From NCBI GenBank assembly GCA_030446505.1, contig JAUJND010000004.1, forward strand, positions 9,099-73,098: a stretch of 64,000 bases of DNA, read 5' to 3'. Positions 1 to 9,576 of this stretch are shown piece after piece (the first letter of the stretch is position 1; each line of letters starts with the position of its first letter). The notes beneath the pieces were generated by a model. That model was not told the DNA's origin and made no database searches. It worked only from the letters and a program-made list of their open reading frames with translations. The position numbers and the translations under genes are program-made. This DNA comes from Chroococcidiopsidaceae cyanobacterium YX2bin18. GTDB taxonomy: Bacteria > Cyanobacteriota > Cyanobacteriia > Cyanobacteriales > Chroococcidiopsidaceae.

Positions 1-1874
1 CAGGGACGCACTGCCAGCAGCCGTACCTCATATTGATTCTCATAACTGTTGTAATCTAGTTCCACAATTGCATCACACCGACCTTGAGGAATTTCATCAC
101 GGTAGTGTCCCCACCAAACGCCAGGAAATCCAATTTTCGCGGAGTCATCCCGAACTTTAAAATTAGTTTTGATATAGCGAACTTCTTTATCTTGAAAATC
201 TTTAATATTGCGATTCCAGATATTTTCAAACCAGCAGTTTTGTAAAAGCATTTTCGGTGCTGGATTGCCCATGCCGCAAGGCTCCAGTAGTTTCAGTTCC
301 CAAAACAAATTTTTACCCAACTCTGCCACTGTTATTACCAAGTCTGCCTGGATTACTGGCATCTGGCTACCCCCCAACAATTGCCGCGATCGCTGGTTAA
401 TCGCCTCGGTAAATAAAGGAATATTCTCAACTGGCAAACTTAACCCAGCTGCGAAGGGATGTCCGCCAAAGCGATGTAACAAATGTGCTTGCGCCTTTAC
501 TAACTCGTATAAATCAACTTTATTTACAGAACGAGCAGAACCACGAGCCAGAACAGGAGAGGAAGAGACAAGGAAAGTGGACTCCATCTATTCCCCCTTG
601 TCTCCTTGCTCCCCTTGTCCATCTATTCCCCCTTGTCCCCTTGTCTCCTTGTCCCCTTGTCCATCTATTCCCTCTGTACTCAACAAAACTGTAGGTCGTC
701 CGGTTTCTTGTGCTACTTGTCCGGCGACTAGCCCCAACACCCCAACAGACCATTGGGCATCTTCTAGGACGATAACGCTGGTTGTTGATAAGTCGAGTTG
801 CTTCAGCTTTTGCGTTACTTGGTAAGAAACATCTTTTTGTAAAGACTTACGCCGGGCGTTTGCCAGTTCCGTATCTTCAGCCAACTGATTACAGCGCTGC
901 ACATCACGGCTAGTAAGCAACTCCACACAAAAAGAAGCATCGCCTTGAATACGACTGACGGCATTAATTCGGGGACCAAGACCAAAAGAAATATCTGTTG
1001 GGCGATCGCCGTTTTTTCGGCATAATTCCAGTAAGCGCCCTACCCCTGGTCGTCGCCGTTGTTCTGGTGGTTGTTTTAAATACTGTTGGAGTTTTTCAAT
1101 TCCCCGTTGTGCCAAATAGCGACAATCTCCACTTAGTTGAACTAAATCTGCAATTAGACCAATCGCCACCAAATCTAGTAAATCTTCTACAGGCTGTTGA
1201 GCTATGTGCGGTAGTGTTTGATCAAGTGCTTCCACTAGCTTATAGGCAACAGCTACTCCTGAAAGATGAAACAGTTGGTGGTCTACAGGTAGATAGCGGG
1301 GATTAATGATAGCCGTAACAAGTGGACGCTCAGGAGGTAATGTATGGTGATCCGTAACAATTACATCTATTCCTAGCAAGTTTGCATAGTTAATTTCATC
1401 AATATTTGTACTCCCAGTGTCGCAAGTAACAATTATATGACAGCCTTGCTTAACTAACTTATCTATTCCTTGACAGTTGAGACCGTGAGATTCTGTCAAC
1501 CGATTGGGGATGTAGTAAAAAAGCTGGCTATTTTGAGCAAAAAACTCTCCTAAGCCATCCCATAAAACAGAGGTGGCTGTGATGCCATCAGCGTCAAAGT
1601 CTCCCCAAATGGCGACAATTTCCTGGCGATCGCGTGCAACTCGCAATCGTTCCACAGCAAGGTGCATTTCTTGACCAAACTCAAACGGACTTGCTGGTTG
1701 ATACAAGTTTGGATTGACAAATCCAGCCAGATGTTGCCGATCTCGAATTCCCCGCTGCCATAGTAGTTGAGCGGCATTTTGTCCAGAATCAGGGGCATAG
1801 TCTCTCACCGCTTGAACGAACCACTCTGGCGGGTGTTCTATTGGTGCTATAGTCCATTGCTGTTGCTCAGGCAT
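1..1874 (-). pseudogene. recJ: RecJ single-stranded-DNA-specific exonuclease (DHH/DHHA1), interrupted by an in-frame repeat insertion carrying a TAG; 3' end runs off the window
   Basis: ORF 588..1874 has DHH-family motifs (GDFDADGITAT, VTDHH). My translation of the same minus-strand frame below 587 continues MESTFLVSSSPVLARGSARSVNKVDLYELVKAQAHLLHRFGGHPFAAGLSL...GMGNPAPK... to position 1. The two halves are separated by the repeat block 588..674 and by TAG (588..590) immediately followed by ATG (585..587). Confidence 0.85.
588..674. repeat. Tandem 35/42-bp units built from CCTTGTCC-type octamers, inserted in recJ
   Basis: ctattcccccttgtctccttgctccccttgtccat (588..622), ctattcccccttgtccccttgtctccttgtccccttgtccat (623..664) and a partial ctattccctc (665..674). 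Same octamer family as the arms of the element at 50526..50863. Confidence 0.8.
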
Positions 1875-1883
1875 TGTTGTGGA

Positions 1884-2672
1884 TTAAATTGCTACTTCTT
1901 GAATGGTAGCGAGATCTAACAGTTCATTTGTACTGGTGGTTGCACTTTCTGACAGAACTGAATCTTTGTCACAAGTATTGCGATCGCACCGAACGGCAAA
2001 TTGACAGGAATCACACTTGTTACCTTCAGCTACTTGTGGAAATAACTCTCCCTGCTCATAGCGTTGCAGCCAATAAGTTAGCTGCTTTAATAGCTGGTGT
2101 AGTTTCTGTTCAGTTTTTTGGTGCTGAGTATTGTTATACGTTAATTTAATGCTTTGGGGAGCTTCGGACTGGACAAACCAGTAAGTCATTGAAATCTGTT
2201 CCGGCAGATAATCACTAGTTTCAGCCAATACATATAAATATAGGAGTGTTTGCCAATTCTGTTCTAACCAACGTCTATTTTGCGGTTTGGGGTAAGTTTT
2301 CCAGTCTAGAATTTGAGCAGAGCGCTCGTCTGCAATCAACAAGTCATAGATAACTGTTAGCAAATAGTCTTCAACTTGCAGTGTGCGACAGTGTTCACTT
2401 TCGCGGAATTGACTATTTAGAGGTGTCAAAATATCCGGTGCTGCACTAGCAAAGGCAGTCATCCAGCGTTGCAACTGAGCATCTTCTTGCACTAGCGATG
2501 CGATCGGTAAGCCTAGTTCTCGTTGCTGCATTAGCAAGTGAAAGCGGCTTCCCCAAGTTTGTCGTTCTTGATGCTCTGGATTGGCAGGAGATGCAAGTTG
2601 CTCTAAATAAGTATGTTGAAACTGACGCGGACAACGTTCTAATAAGTTCAGCTGCCCTTGGGATAATCGCAT
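1884..2672 (-). CDS. PD-(D/E)XK nuclease superfamily protein, Cas4/AddB-like with Cys cluster
   Basis: 262-aa ORF. One N-terminal Cys (LLERCPRQF) plus C-terminal CDSCQFAVRC, the typical 1+3 Cys Fe-S arrangement of RecB-like nucleases. Sits 10 nt downstream of recJ on the same strand. Confidence 0.6.
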   Translation of the reverse strand: MRLSQGQLNLLERCPRQFQHTYLEQLASPANPEHQERQTWGSRFHLLMQQRELGLPIASLVQEDAQLQRWMTAFASAAPDILTPLNSQFRESEHCRTLQVEDYLLTVIYDLLIADERSAQILDWKTYPKPQNRRWLEQNWQTLLYLYVLAETSDYLPEQISMTYWFVQSEAPQSIKLTYNNTQHQKTEQKLHQLLKQLTYWLQRYEQGELFPQVAEGNKCDSCQFAVRCDRNTCDKDSVLSESATTSTNELLDLATIQEVAI

Positions 2673-2735
2673 ATAGATATCAGCTTTTTTAGCTGAGTAG
2701 AACTTATGTATTGATAGAAATACAATAGAGTAGAT

Positions 2736-3134
2736 TCATTGGTAGTTAGTACCAGCCTCTGTTGATTCGTAAAACGTGATGCAGACACCAGCCTGATCTA
2801 AAACTGCAAACTCCTTTGTTCCCCAAGGTTTTGATTGCAGCTTTCCATTTTTGTGAATCATCTGCCCACCTTTTGCCAGATACTCTTCGTAAAGCTGCTC
2901 AACGTGCTTAACTTCAATGCGGAAGCTGGTTTCTTCTGCCAGATGCTTGTCGTCATTCTTGCAGAGGAAAATTTCAACCGCATCGCGTTTAACGATCACC
3001 ATCGTAGGTGGGCTGTCCTCTTGATAGATTTTTGTAAAACCAAGCTGTTGCTCATAAAACCTGATTGCCTTGTCAACGTTACCTCCTGCTGGAATAAGTG
3101 GGGTTAGGTTGCCAAGTATGGGGGTGTTGCTCAT
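2736..3134 (-). CDS. VOC/glyoxalase-bleomycin resistance family protein
   Basis: ORF 2736..3194; likely start is the internal MSNTPILG at 3134. Small beta-alpha-beta-beta-beta type sequence (AIRFYEQQLGF, FRIEV, WGTKEFAVLDQAGVCITFYE). Confidence 0.6.
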   Translation of the reverse strand: MSNTPILGNLTPLIPAGGNVDKAIRFYEQQLGFTKIYQEDSPPTMVIVKRDAVEIFLCKNDDKHLAEETSFRIEVKHVEQLYEEYLAKGGQMIHKNGKLQSKPWGTKEFAVLDQAGVCITFYESTEAGTNYQ

Positions 3135-3215
3135 GGTTGAGTCCTTAAGTTTAATTTTAGTGGCAGCCAATCTTTTAAACCTACACTCTGCCAACTTTAT
3201 TATTAATGCGTTTCT

Positions 3216-4005
3216 GGTAGTAATGCATAGTAATGGTAAGCTGGGAAGCCAGAAACTTAAATCATTGTAGACGACTCAATGAACTGTCCCAAGTGCCAAT
3301 CAACTCAAATCATCAAATACGGACATACGCACCTACGGCAAACCTCGATTTCGTCGCCAAGACTGCGGACGACAGTTTGTAGAGAACGCGAGCCGACAAC
3401 CGATTGCTCAGGCAACTCTCGCCAATTGATTGATAAACTGTTGCTTGAACGCTTGGCACTAGCAGCCATTGCACAGGTGACGGGAGTGTCTGAGCGTTGG
3501 CTGCAACTGTACGTCAATCAAAAGTATTATCAAACTCAAAGACAGTAGAAGTTGCCCCAAAAAAGGGGTCGGTTGACGATGCAACTGGACGAGATGTGGT
3601 CATTTGTCGGTTCTATGGGAACAAACAATGGATTTGGTTAGCCATCGATGCTGATAGCCGTGAAATTGTCGGTGTATTTGTTGGTGATCGTTCTCGTCAA
3701 GCGGCAAAGGGGCTATGGCAATCGTTACCTACGGTTTATCGCCAGTGCGCTATCTGCTACACCGATTTCTGGGAAGCCTATGAACAAGTATTGCCCAGTA
3801 ACCGGCATCGAGCAGTTGGTAAAGAAACAGGAAAAACCAGTTATATTGAGCGGTTCAACAACACCCTGCGGCAAAGAGTGGGGCGCTTAGTTCGCAAAAC
3901 CTTGTCTTTCTCCAAAAAGTTGAGCAATCACATCGGGGCGGTTGGTACTTTGTGCATCACTACAATACCTCCCTTCGCTCCTGACCATTACTATTCACCA
4001 CTACC
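3216..4005 (+). mobile_element. IS1-family insertion sequence (about 790 bp) with 22-bp terminal inverted repeats and an 8-bp target-site duplication
   Basis: IRL ggtagtaatgcatagtaatggt (3216..3237) matches the reverse complement of IRR (3984..4005, ggtagtggtgaatagtaatggt) at 19/22. GCGTTTCT is duplicated directly at 3208..3215 and 4006..4013. Internal InsA/InsB-like coding sequence. Confidence 0.85.
3279..3984 (+). pseudogene. IS1 transposase (InsA zinc finger/HTH plus InsB DDE), several frameshifts beyond the usual programmed one
   Basis: MNCPKCQSTQIIKYGHTH, then TYGKPRFRRQDCGRQFVEN in another frame, then LIDKLLLERLALAAIAQVTGVSERWLQLYV. InsB-like QLDEMWSFVG, KQWIWLAIDADSREIVGVFVGDRS, YTDFWEAYEQVLP, GKETGKTSYIERFNNTLRQRVGRLVRKTLSFSKK. 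The end WYFVHHYNTSLRS is again in a different frame. Confidence 0.8.
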
Positions 4006-4209
4006 GCGTTTCTATTATATTTAGTGGGGAAAGTCAGTGAGCGCCTTGAATAGCTCTAGTTTAACAAGAGGCGATCGCTCCTACAGAAACACGGTAGCGA
4101 TTACTTTTGCTTAAAGACTTAGTTAAATTAAGTTTGAGGCAGTAGAATAAGCGGTATTTAGTGAGAAGTTAGACTAAAGATAGCTCACTTTCTGCATTCC
4201 TGAAGCGGT

Positions 4210-4476
4210 ATGAATCCTTTGAAAGAAATTGTGGAAAAACTGGAATACTTATCTGAATCTGACCTTCAGGAAGTTCTCGACTTTGTTGATTCGCTCGTGA
4301 CTGCCAAAGAACACACATTACCAGGGGAATGCAATCAGCGACAGACAGAGAACAATGAGAACTACTCTGTTGAGTGGATTGGGGAAGTGTTGGTTGTGCA
4401 AGGTGAAGGGCAGAGAGACTGGGTATCTGAGCATGAACTACGAGAAGAACGTATCAGACATTTGGCACGAGAGTGA
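4210..4476 (+). CDS. Putative type II antitoxin (DUF2281-like small acidic protein)
   Basis: 88-aa ORF overlapping the downstream PIN ORF by 4 nt (ATGA-type coupling). Assignment rests mainly on position and size. Confidence 0.45.
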   Translation: MNPLKEIVEKLEYLSESDLQEVLDFVDSLVTAKEHTLPGECNQRQTENNENYSVEWIGEVLVVQGEGQRDWVSEHELREERIRHLARE

Positions 4477-4908
4477 AAGTATTGTTTGATACCTCAGTAC
4501 TAGTGGCAGCGTTTATAGCCAATCATCCTGAACATACCGATAGCTTGCCTTGGTTGCAGCGCGTTCAAGCAGAAAAAATTGCTGGCTTCATTTCTGCTCA
4601 TACAATAGCTGAACTTTATGCTGTACTAACTCGCCTGCCTCGCCAACCTCGAATTAGCCCCTGCTTTAGCCCAACGATTAATTAAAGAAAACCTGAACAG
4701 ATTTCATACTGTTATTCCTACTACCGAAGATTACCAAGAAACAGTTGCCAGAATGGTCAGTTTAAATCTTCCAGGGGCAGGAATTTATGATGCGTTAATT
4801 GCCCAGGCTGCTATCAAAGCAGAAGTGGATGTGTTGCTGACGCTCAATCCAAATGATTTTAGGCGTTTGGGAGAAGATGTTGATCAATTGGTACGTTTAC
4901 CAGTGTGA
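4473..4908 (+). pseudogene. PIN-domain (VapC-like) toxin with one frameshift near 4665
   Basis: MKVLFDTSVLVAAF... (PIN N-terminal acidic motif) in ORF 4473..4685. It continues in another frame as ALAQRLIKENLNRFHTVIPTTEDYQE...GIYDALIAQAAIKAEVDVLLTLNPNDFRRL to TGA 4906..4908. Confidence 0.7.
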
Positions 4909-5073
4909 AAAAAATGTTAATTCACTGTTGCAGTTGTAGGCGATCGCCATATCTATCTCTAGTTGCTGGCTTAAATTATAGAATAGCGATTACTCTTGTT
5001 GCCTCACAAATCAACAAATAACCCGCCAACTTAGCTAAACTAAATTTGTGCTATTGTTGCAGGTTCAAGCATC

Positions 5074-5777
5074 ATGTCTGTTACCAAATTAGATCCAGAT
5101 GTTGAGCTAGAAGATGTTATCTTTCCTCCTGGCGACTTACTCAGTGATGAACCTCCCTTGGAAACTGAACTACATCTGCGGCAACTGGTACTGCTGATTC
5201 AATGCCTGGAGTTGTGGTGGAAAGATCGCCAAGATTACTATGCTTTTGGCAATCTCACTATCTACTACAGTCCGCGCCCAACTCAAATCAGAGCAATTTC
5301 GGGGTCCTGATTTTTTTGTAGTGCTAGGTACTGAGCGTAAACCACGTAAAAGCTGGGTTGTCTGGCAAGAGGATGGCAAGTACCCCAACGTAATTGTTGA
5401 AATTCTCTCTAATACAACAGCCAAAACTGACAGAGGTTTAAAAAAGCAAATCTATCAAGATACTTTCCGTACTCCTGAATATTTCTGGTTTGAACCCAAT
5501 AGTTTTGAATTTCAAGGATTTCAATTAGTTGGTGGTCAATATCAAGCGCTACAGCCTAACTCCCAAGGCTGGTTATGGAGTCAACAACTAGAATTATATT
5601 TGGGTATCCATGCAGAAAAAGTTACGTTTTTTTACCCCTGATGGTCAGTTAATATCCACTCCCGAAGAAACAGCCGCCGTTGAACAACAGCAGAGGGAAT
5701 TGGCACAACAACAGGCTAAAGAACTAGAGTCTTTATTGGGTCGCTATCGAGAACGCTTTGGTGAGTTACCGGAATGA
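5074..5777 (+). pseudogene. Uma2-family (DUF820) restriction-endonuclease-like protein, two frameshifts
   Basis: ORFs 5074..5310 and 5240..5641 plus the tail DGQLISTPEE...RYRERFGELPE. Uma2-like blocks PDFFVVLG, VVEILSNTTAKTDRGLKKQIYQDTFRTPEYFWFEP. Shifts sit at cgccc (about 5278) and a T7 run (about 5630). Confidence 0.7.
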
Positions 5778-5779
5778 AA

Positions 5780-6364
5780 TCATACCTTAGTCAGCACGAA
5801 CACACTACCTTCGTTACCTCGCCCAATTCGCAGATCCTGATCAAGATAGGTAATGTCCAGCCAGCCTTGTTGGTTGCGGCTATTAAGACCAAAATCAATT
5901 GCTGTAAATTTTGCGCCCGACTCAATCTTTTGGATAAAATCAGCTGGAGATTGGTAGTTAATTAAGCGTTGTAAACCTAAGATAGACCGCTCAAATTTAA
6001 CTTCAACCCGGCGTTCTGACACTGGCTCAAATCGAGCAGCAACGCTGACTAATCCCTCAAGGTAGGGTAAGCCATAAACCTCAGCAATGTTATACACACT
6101 CTGCGTTTTAACGCCAATATATTGATATATTTGTCCTAGCTTAAGTAATGGCAGTTGGTCAATGTTCAACAGACCTTTACTCGTGGTGTAGAGTAATCGC
6201 CAATTGCCGTCAAGTAAATCGCCAGATTCAACCGGACGCGGTGTGGGGTTGCGGTCTTCTAATTGAGCGATCGCCATTAAAATAGCTTGTTTGTCCCGCT
6301 CAGTTGCCACTAGTCCGCGATTTGTTCCGGCGATCGCTTCCATTAGTGCTAATTTTCCAATCAT
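5780..6364 (-). CDS. PAP/fibrillin family protein
   Basis: 194 aa; GTNRGLVATERDKQAILMAIAQLEDRNPTP and LLDGNWRLLYTTS are typical fibrillin blocks. Confidence 0.75.
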   Translation of the reverse strand: MIGKLALMEAIAGTNRGLVATERDKQAILMAIAQLEDRNPTPRPVESGDLLDGNWRLLYTTSKGLLNIDQLPLLKLGQIYQYIGVKTQSVYNIAEVYGLPYLEGLVSVAARFEPVSERRVEVKFERSILGLQRLINYQSPADFIQKIESGAKFTAIDFGLNSRNQQGWLDITYLDQDLRIGRGNEGSVFVLTKV

Positions 6365-6609
6365 TGCTCACCTTTATTCTATTGGTGCAACTAAGAATTC
6401 TGATAATTCTGTACTACCTTTATCTAAGGTCATATCATTACCTCTTACCTCATCTTATTCATCAATCTTCTACTGGTTTGCACTATAAGATTTGATAATT
6501 TTTTTGACTGTTATCTTGACATCTAGTGTTAATTTACCCATCTCTATTTCTGAAATGATAAACTCTATAGTGTCTAAGTTAGATTATTTTATTCCGACTA
6601 AACTTTTAT

Positions 6610-6846
6610 ATGCTCAAATCTCCGCTACGTGAAGAACCCCGTGAACAGAAAGCTGCTGTGATTCGCTCGAAGCATGAGTCTTCTCTATTGGACTGGTTAG
6701 AGGCAAGTGGACGTTTAATAGCGCGTGATATTCAAGAACCTGAGTATCTGGAAGCAGAAGAAGAAATTTCCGGGCTGATAGATGTTGATGATGTCACCTA
6801 CGATGATATTGAAGATGACGACGATGCCCTAGATTTAGAGGAGTAG
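6610..6846 (+). CDS. Small acidic conserved cyanobacterial protein (DUF3134-like)
   Basis: 78 aa; N-terminal SPLREEPREQKAAVI and SLLDWLEASGRLI, with a very acidic C-terminus. Family name is from memory, not verified. Confidence 0.45.
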   Translation: MLKSPLREEPREQKAAVIRSKHESSLLDWLEASGRLIARDIQEPEYLEAEEEISGLIDVDDVTYDDIEDDDDALDLEE

Positions 6847-6881
6847 TCTATTGTGAGTGTGTGGTGTAAACGGTAAATTTC

Positions 6882-7976
6882 GTGGAAGCTAAATCATCTT
6901 CAGATTCGTCCTTCAATCTCTCTGGAAATAGTCTGCTTGCAATACTTAGTGCCGTAATAAGTCTAGCGGTAGTAATTATTGATTGGACAGCAAATCGACT
7001 ACCGTGGCAACCGATATCACTTACACTTCCTTTACTACTCTGTGCTTTGATAACATCTGGGTTAGGCTACTGGGTAGTGCCGCTCCTCCAGAAGCTAAAA
7101 ACTGGGCAAGTTATTCGAGAAGATGGTCCTCAAAGTCATTTAAAAAAAGCAGGCACTCCAACCATGGGCGGGGTGTTTTTTGTCCCTGTGGCGGTAGCAG
7201 TTGCCCTTGTATTGTCTAGCTTTGCTGCGCCTGTTGTTGCCGTGTGTACACTCACTTTGGGCTATGCGGTGATCGGCTGGGTGGACGATTGGCAAATCCT
7301 GCATCGTAAGTCCAATAAGGGCATCTCACCCCGGATGAAACTTGCTTTGCAGATTATTTTTGGAGCATTGTTTTGTCTGTGGCTGGCATGGAATCAATCG
7401 GGTAATATCACAACAATTGCTTTACCCTTTAGTTTTACCCTACCATTAGGGCTACTATTTTGGCTGTTGGCTGTATTTGTGCTTGTTGCCGAAAGTAATG
7501 CTACAAATTTAACAGATGGTGTTGATGGTTTAGCGGCTGGAACTGCTGCGATCGCCTTCTTAGGATTAAGTGTTCTGATTGCTCACACTTCACCAGAGTT
7601 AATGGTTTTTTGTGCTTGCATGAGTGGCAGCTGTTTGGGCTTTTTAACTCATAACCGCAACCCAGCCCGTGTTTTCATGGGGGATACAGGTTCTTTGGCA
7701 TTAGGAGGTGCTTTAGCTGGTGTAGCTCTGTTAACTAATACTCTGTGGGCGCTATTTATTCTCAGTGGTGTCTTTTTTGTGGAAACTCTCTCAGTAATGG
7801 CGCAGGTAAGCTACTACAAAGCGACCAAGGGTTCAGACGGCATCGGTAAGCGCCTATTCAAAATGGCACCGTTACATCATCATCTTGAGCTTTCTGGCTG
7901 GTCAGAACTCCAAGTGGTTGCTGTGTTTTACACGATTAACGCAATTTTGGCTCTGCTATGTTTTTGGCTACGCTGA
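6882..7976 (+). CDS. mraY: Phospho-N-acetylmuramoyl-pentapeptide transferase
   Basis: 364-aa polytopic ORF (GTG start) with MraY blocks KAGTPTMGG, NATNLTDGVDGLA, FMGDTGSLALGG, APLHHHLE. Confidence 0.9.
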   Translation: MEAKSSSDSSFNLSGNSLLAILSAVISLAVVIIDWTANRLPWQPISLTLPLLLCALITSGLGYWVVPLLQKLKTGQVIREDGPQSHLKKAGTPTMGGVFFVPVAVAVALVLSSFAAPVVAVCTLTLGYAVIGWVDDWQILHRKSNKGISPRMKLALQIIFGALFCLWLAWNQSGNITTIALPFSFTLPLGLLFWLLAVFVLVAESNATNLTDGVDGLAAGTAAIAFLGLSVLIAHTSPELMVFCACMSGSCLGFLTHNRNPARVFMGDTGSLALGGALAGVALLTNTLWALFILSGVFFVETLSVMAQVSYYKATKGSDGIGKRLFKMAPLHHHLELSGWSELQVVAVFYTINAILALLCFWLR

Positions 7977-8027
7977 GTAATTAGCAGACTGTATATACTG
8001 AGAGAACACCATAGCCTGAATCTGCTT

Positions 8028-8603
8028 ATGACTGCGTTCACCATCAGTCTGGAACCAGTAATTCACATGAGTGACGAACAGTTTTATCAGCTGTGTCGTG
8101 TCAATCCTGATGTGAAGTTTGAGCGCAGTGCAACTGGGGAACTCGTTGTTATGGCACCAACTGGAGGAGAAACAGGCAGTTACAACTCAGAAATTAATGC
8201 TGATTTTGTGATTTGGAATCGTCAAGCTCAACTTGGTAAAGTTTTTGATTCTTCAACCTGCTTTAAACTCCCTAAAGGCGGCGATCGCTCTCCAGATGTT
8301 GCCTGGATTGCTCTAGAACGATGGAATAAGCTCAGTCGTGAACAACAACGCAAGTTTCCGCCTATTGCACCAGACTTTGTACTAGAACTTCTTTCCCCAA
8401 CTGATAACTTGGAGAAGACTCACGCAAAGATGCAGGATTATCTCAACAGTGACGTGAGGTTGGGTTGGTTAATTGACGCAGACAATCGCATTGTTGAAGT
8501 TTACCGGATAAATCAGCCAGTAGAAGTTTTGAAGGAACCGAAACAACTCTATGGAGAAAATGTGCTGCCTGGATTTGTTTTGGATTTGAACAGTGTTTGG
8601 TAA
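8028..8603 (+). CDS. Uma2-family (DUF820) endonuclease-like protein
   Basis: 191-aa intact ORF; FERSATGELVVMAPTGGETG, SPDVAWI, APDFVLELLSPTD are typical Uma2 blocks. Confidence 0.75.
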   Translation: MTAFTISLEPVIHMSDEQFYQLCRVNPDVKFERSATGELVVMAPTGGETGSYNSEINADFVIWNRQAQLGKVFDSSTCFKLPKGGDRSPDVAWIALERWNKLSREQQRKFPPIAPDFVLELLSPTDNLEKTHAKMQDYLNSDVRLGWLIDADNRIVEVYRINQPVEVLKEPKQLYGENVLPGFVLDLNSVW

Positions 8604-8671
8604 ATACGCTAACGCAGTAGGGACTTGTAAGGGCGTAGGCAAAGCCCGCCACAGGCATCGCCTCAAATTTG

Positions 8672-9043
8672 TTAAGGGGAAGTTAATTTGTCTTGCAACG
8701 GGGCAGGATCATCCAACTCAGCAAAAGCGACTTTTACACACGCACGAACACCCTTCCAATCACGTTCTGATAATTTACCAATTAAAACTAAATTAGCAGA
8801 GGGTGGCAGAGTGACAACAAAACTGCGGAAAACAGATGCAACCCGCAAACCTGCTGTTTCCCAATCTTGAAGTGCATAGTCAGTAGCTCCTAGACCAGTT
8901 CTCTGAGAAGTAATGAGTCCAACTATCACATCGGGACGAATTTTGTGGTATTTAGCTGACGATAGAACTACAGCAGGGCGACGTTTTATCCCAGTAACAG
9001 CAGGAAAATCTACTGTGACTACATCACCTGGATTAAAAGTCAA
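8672..9043 (-). CDS. PemK/MazF-like type II toxin
   Basis: 123 aa; N-terminal GDVVTVDFP...RPAVVLS...DVIVGLITSQ pattern of MazF/PemK. 4-nt overlap with the upstream small ORF. Confidence 0.65.
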   Translation of the reverse strand: MTFNPGDVVTVDFPAVTGIKRRPAVVLSSAKYHKIRPDVIVGLITSQRTGLGATDYALQDWETAGLRVASVFRSFVVTLPPSANLVLIGKLSERDWKGVRACVKVAFAELDDPAPLQDKLTSP

Positions 9044-9261
9044 GCAAGCTCCTCGTCTTCAGGGAAGATTGTAGATGCATATTGCAATGAGAAATTTGCT
9101 AGATCAGTTTGATCTTGTTCAGTCCAAGTATCACCTTGATCGATAACAGACTCATTTTGCTGGACTAACTCATTGAGGATAAGGGTTGCTAAACGTAGCC
9201 GCTCATTTGGTGACAGGATACGAACAACTTGGCTATAAACTTCTTGAGCAGTGGTTGGCAT
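9040..9261 (-). CDS. Putative antitoxin partner of the MazF-like toxin
   Basis: 73-aa acidic ORF translationally coupled to 8672..9043. Assignment by context only. Confidence 0.45.
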   Translation of the reverse strand: MPTTAQEVYSQVVRILSPNERLRLATLILNELVQQNESVIDQGDTWTEQDQTDLANFSLQYASTIFPEDEELA

Positions 9262-9576
9262 AAATAAGTTCTCCTAACGTTCATCCTAGCCTGAACTAGT
9301 CATCCAATGTCGTAATGCGTCTGGCTGCAACGATATTTAGTTTCTGCATAGCCATGCATCTTACCTCCAATAGAAGTAATCTTTAATAAATCTGTTGCTC
9401 AACCTTATCCTGATAGTAATATCAACCTTTATCTTCAAAGTCTAAAGTTTAACTGATTTCACATGGCTCAAGACTCAAGCTCAATAAGTTTCATAAGTAC
9501 GCTCTATAACCTAGAACACACAACTGACAAAGCTAACTAGCCGTTCGGTGCAGCAATTTGTTAGGCTGCGGACTAG

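Noticed and set aside
588-674. Possible CRISPR array (also considered for the repeat blocks at 15197..15412 and 50526..50863)
   Set aside because: The repeats are 8-nt periodic or 35-42-bp tandem units with no unique spacers of regular length. No cas genes are present in the window.
208-825. 205-aa plus-strand ORF (and overlapping 485..694 and 520..753 ORFs)
   Set aside because: It lies antisense to the well-supported recJ reading frame. Its Pro/Ser/Cys-rich middle is just a translation of the octamer repeats, and no recognisable domain is present.
9300-9359. 19-codon minus-strand sORF (MHGYAETKYRCSQTHYDIG) preceded by GGAGGT at 9364..9369, upstream of the antitoxin gene
   Set aside because: A good Shine-Dalgarno-like spacing alone is not enough at this length. 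No conservation data are available, so it is kept only as a note.
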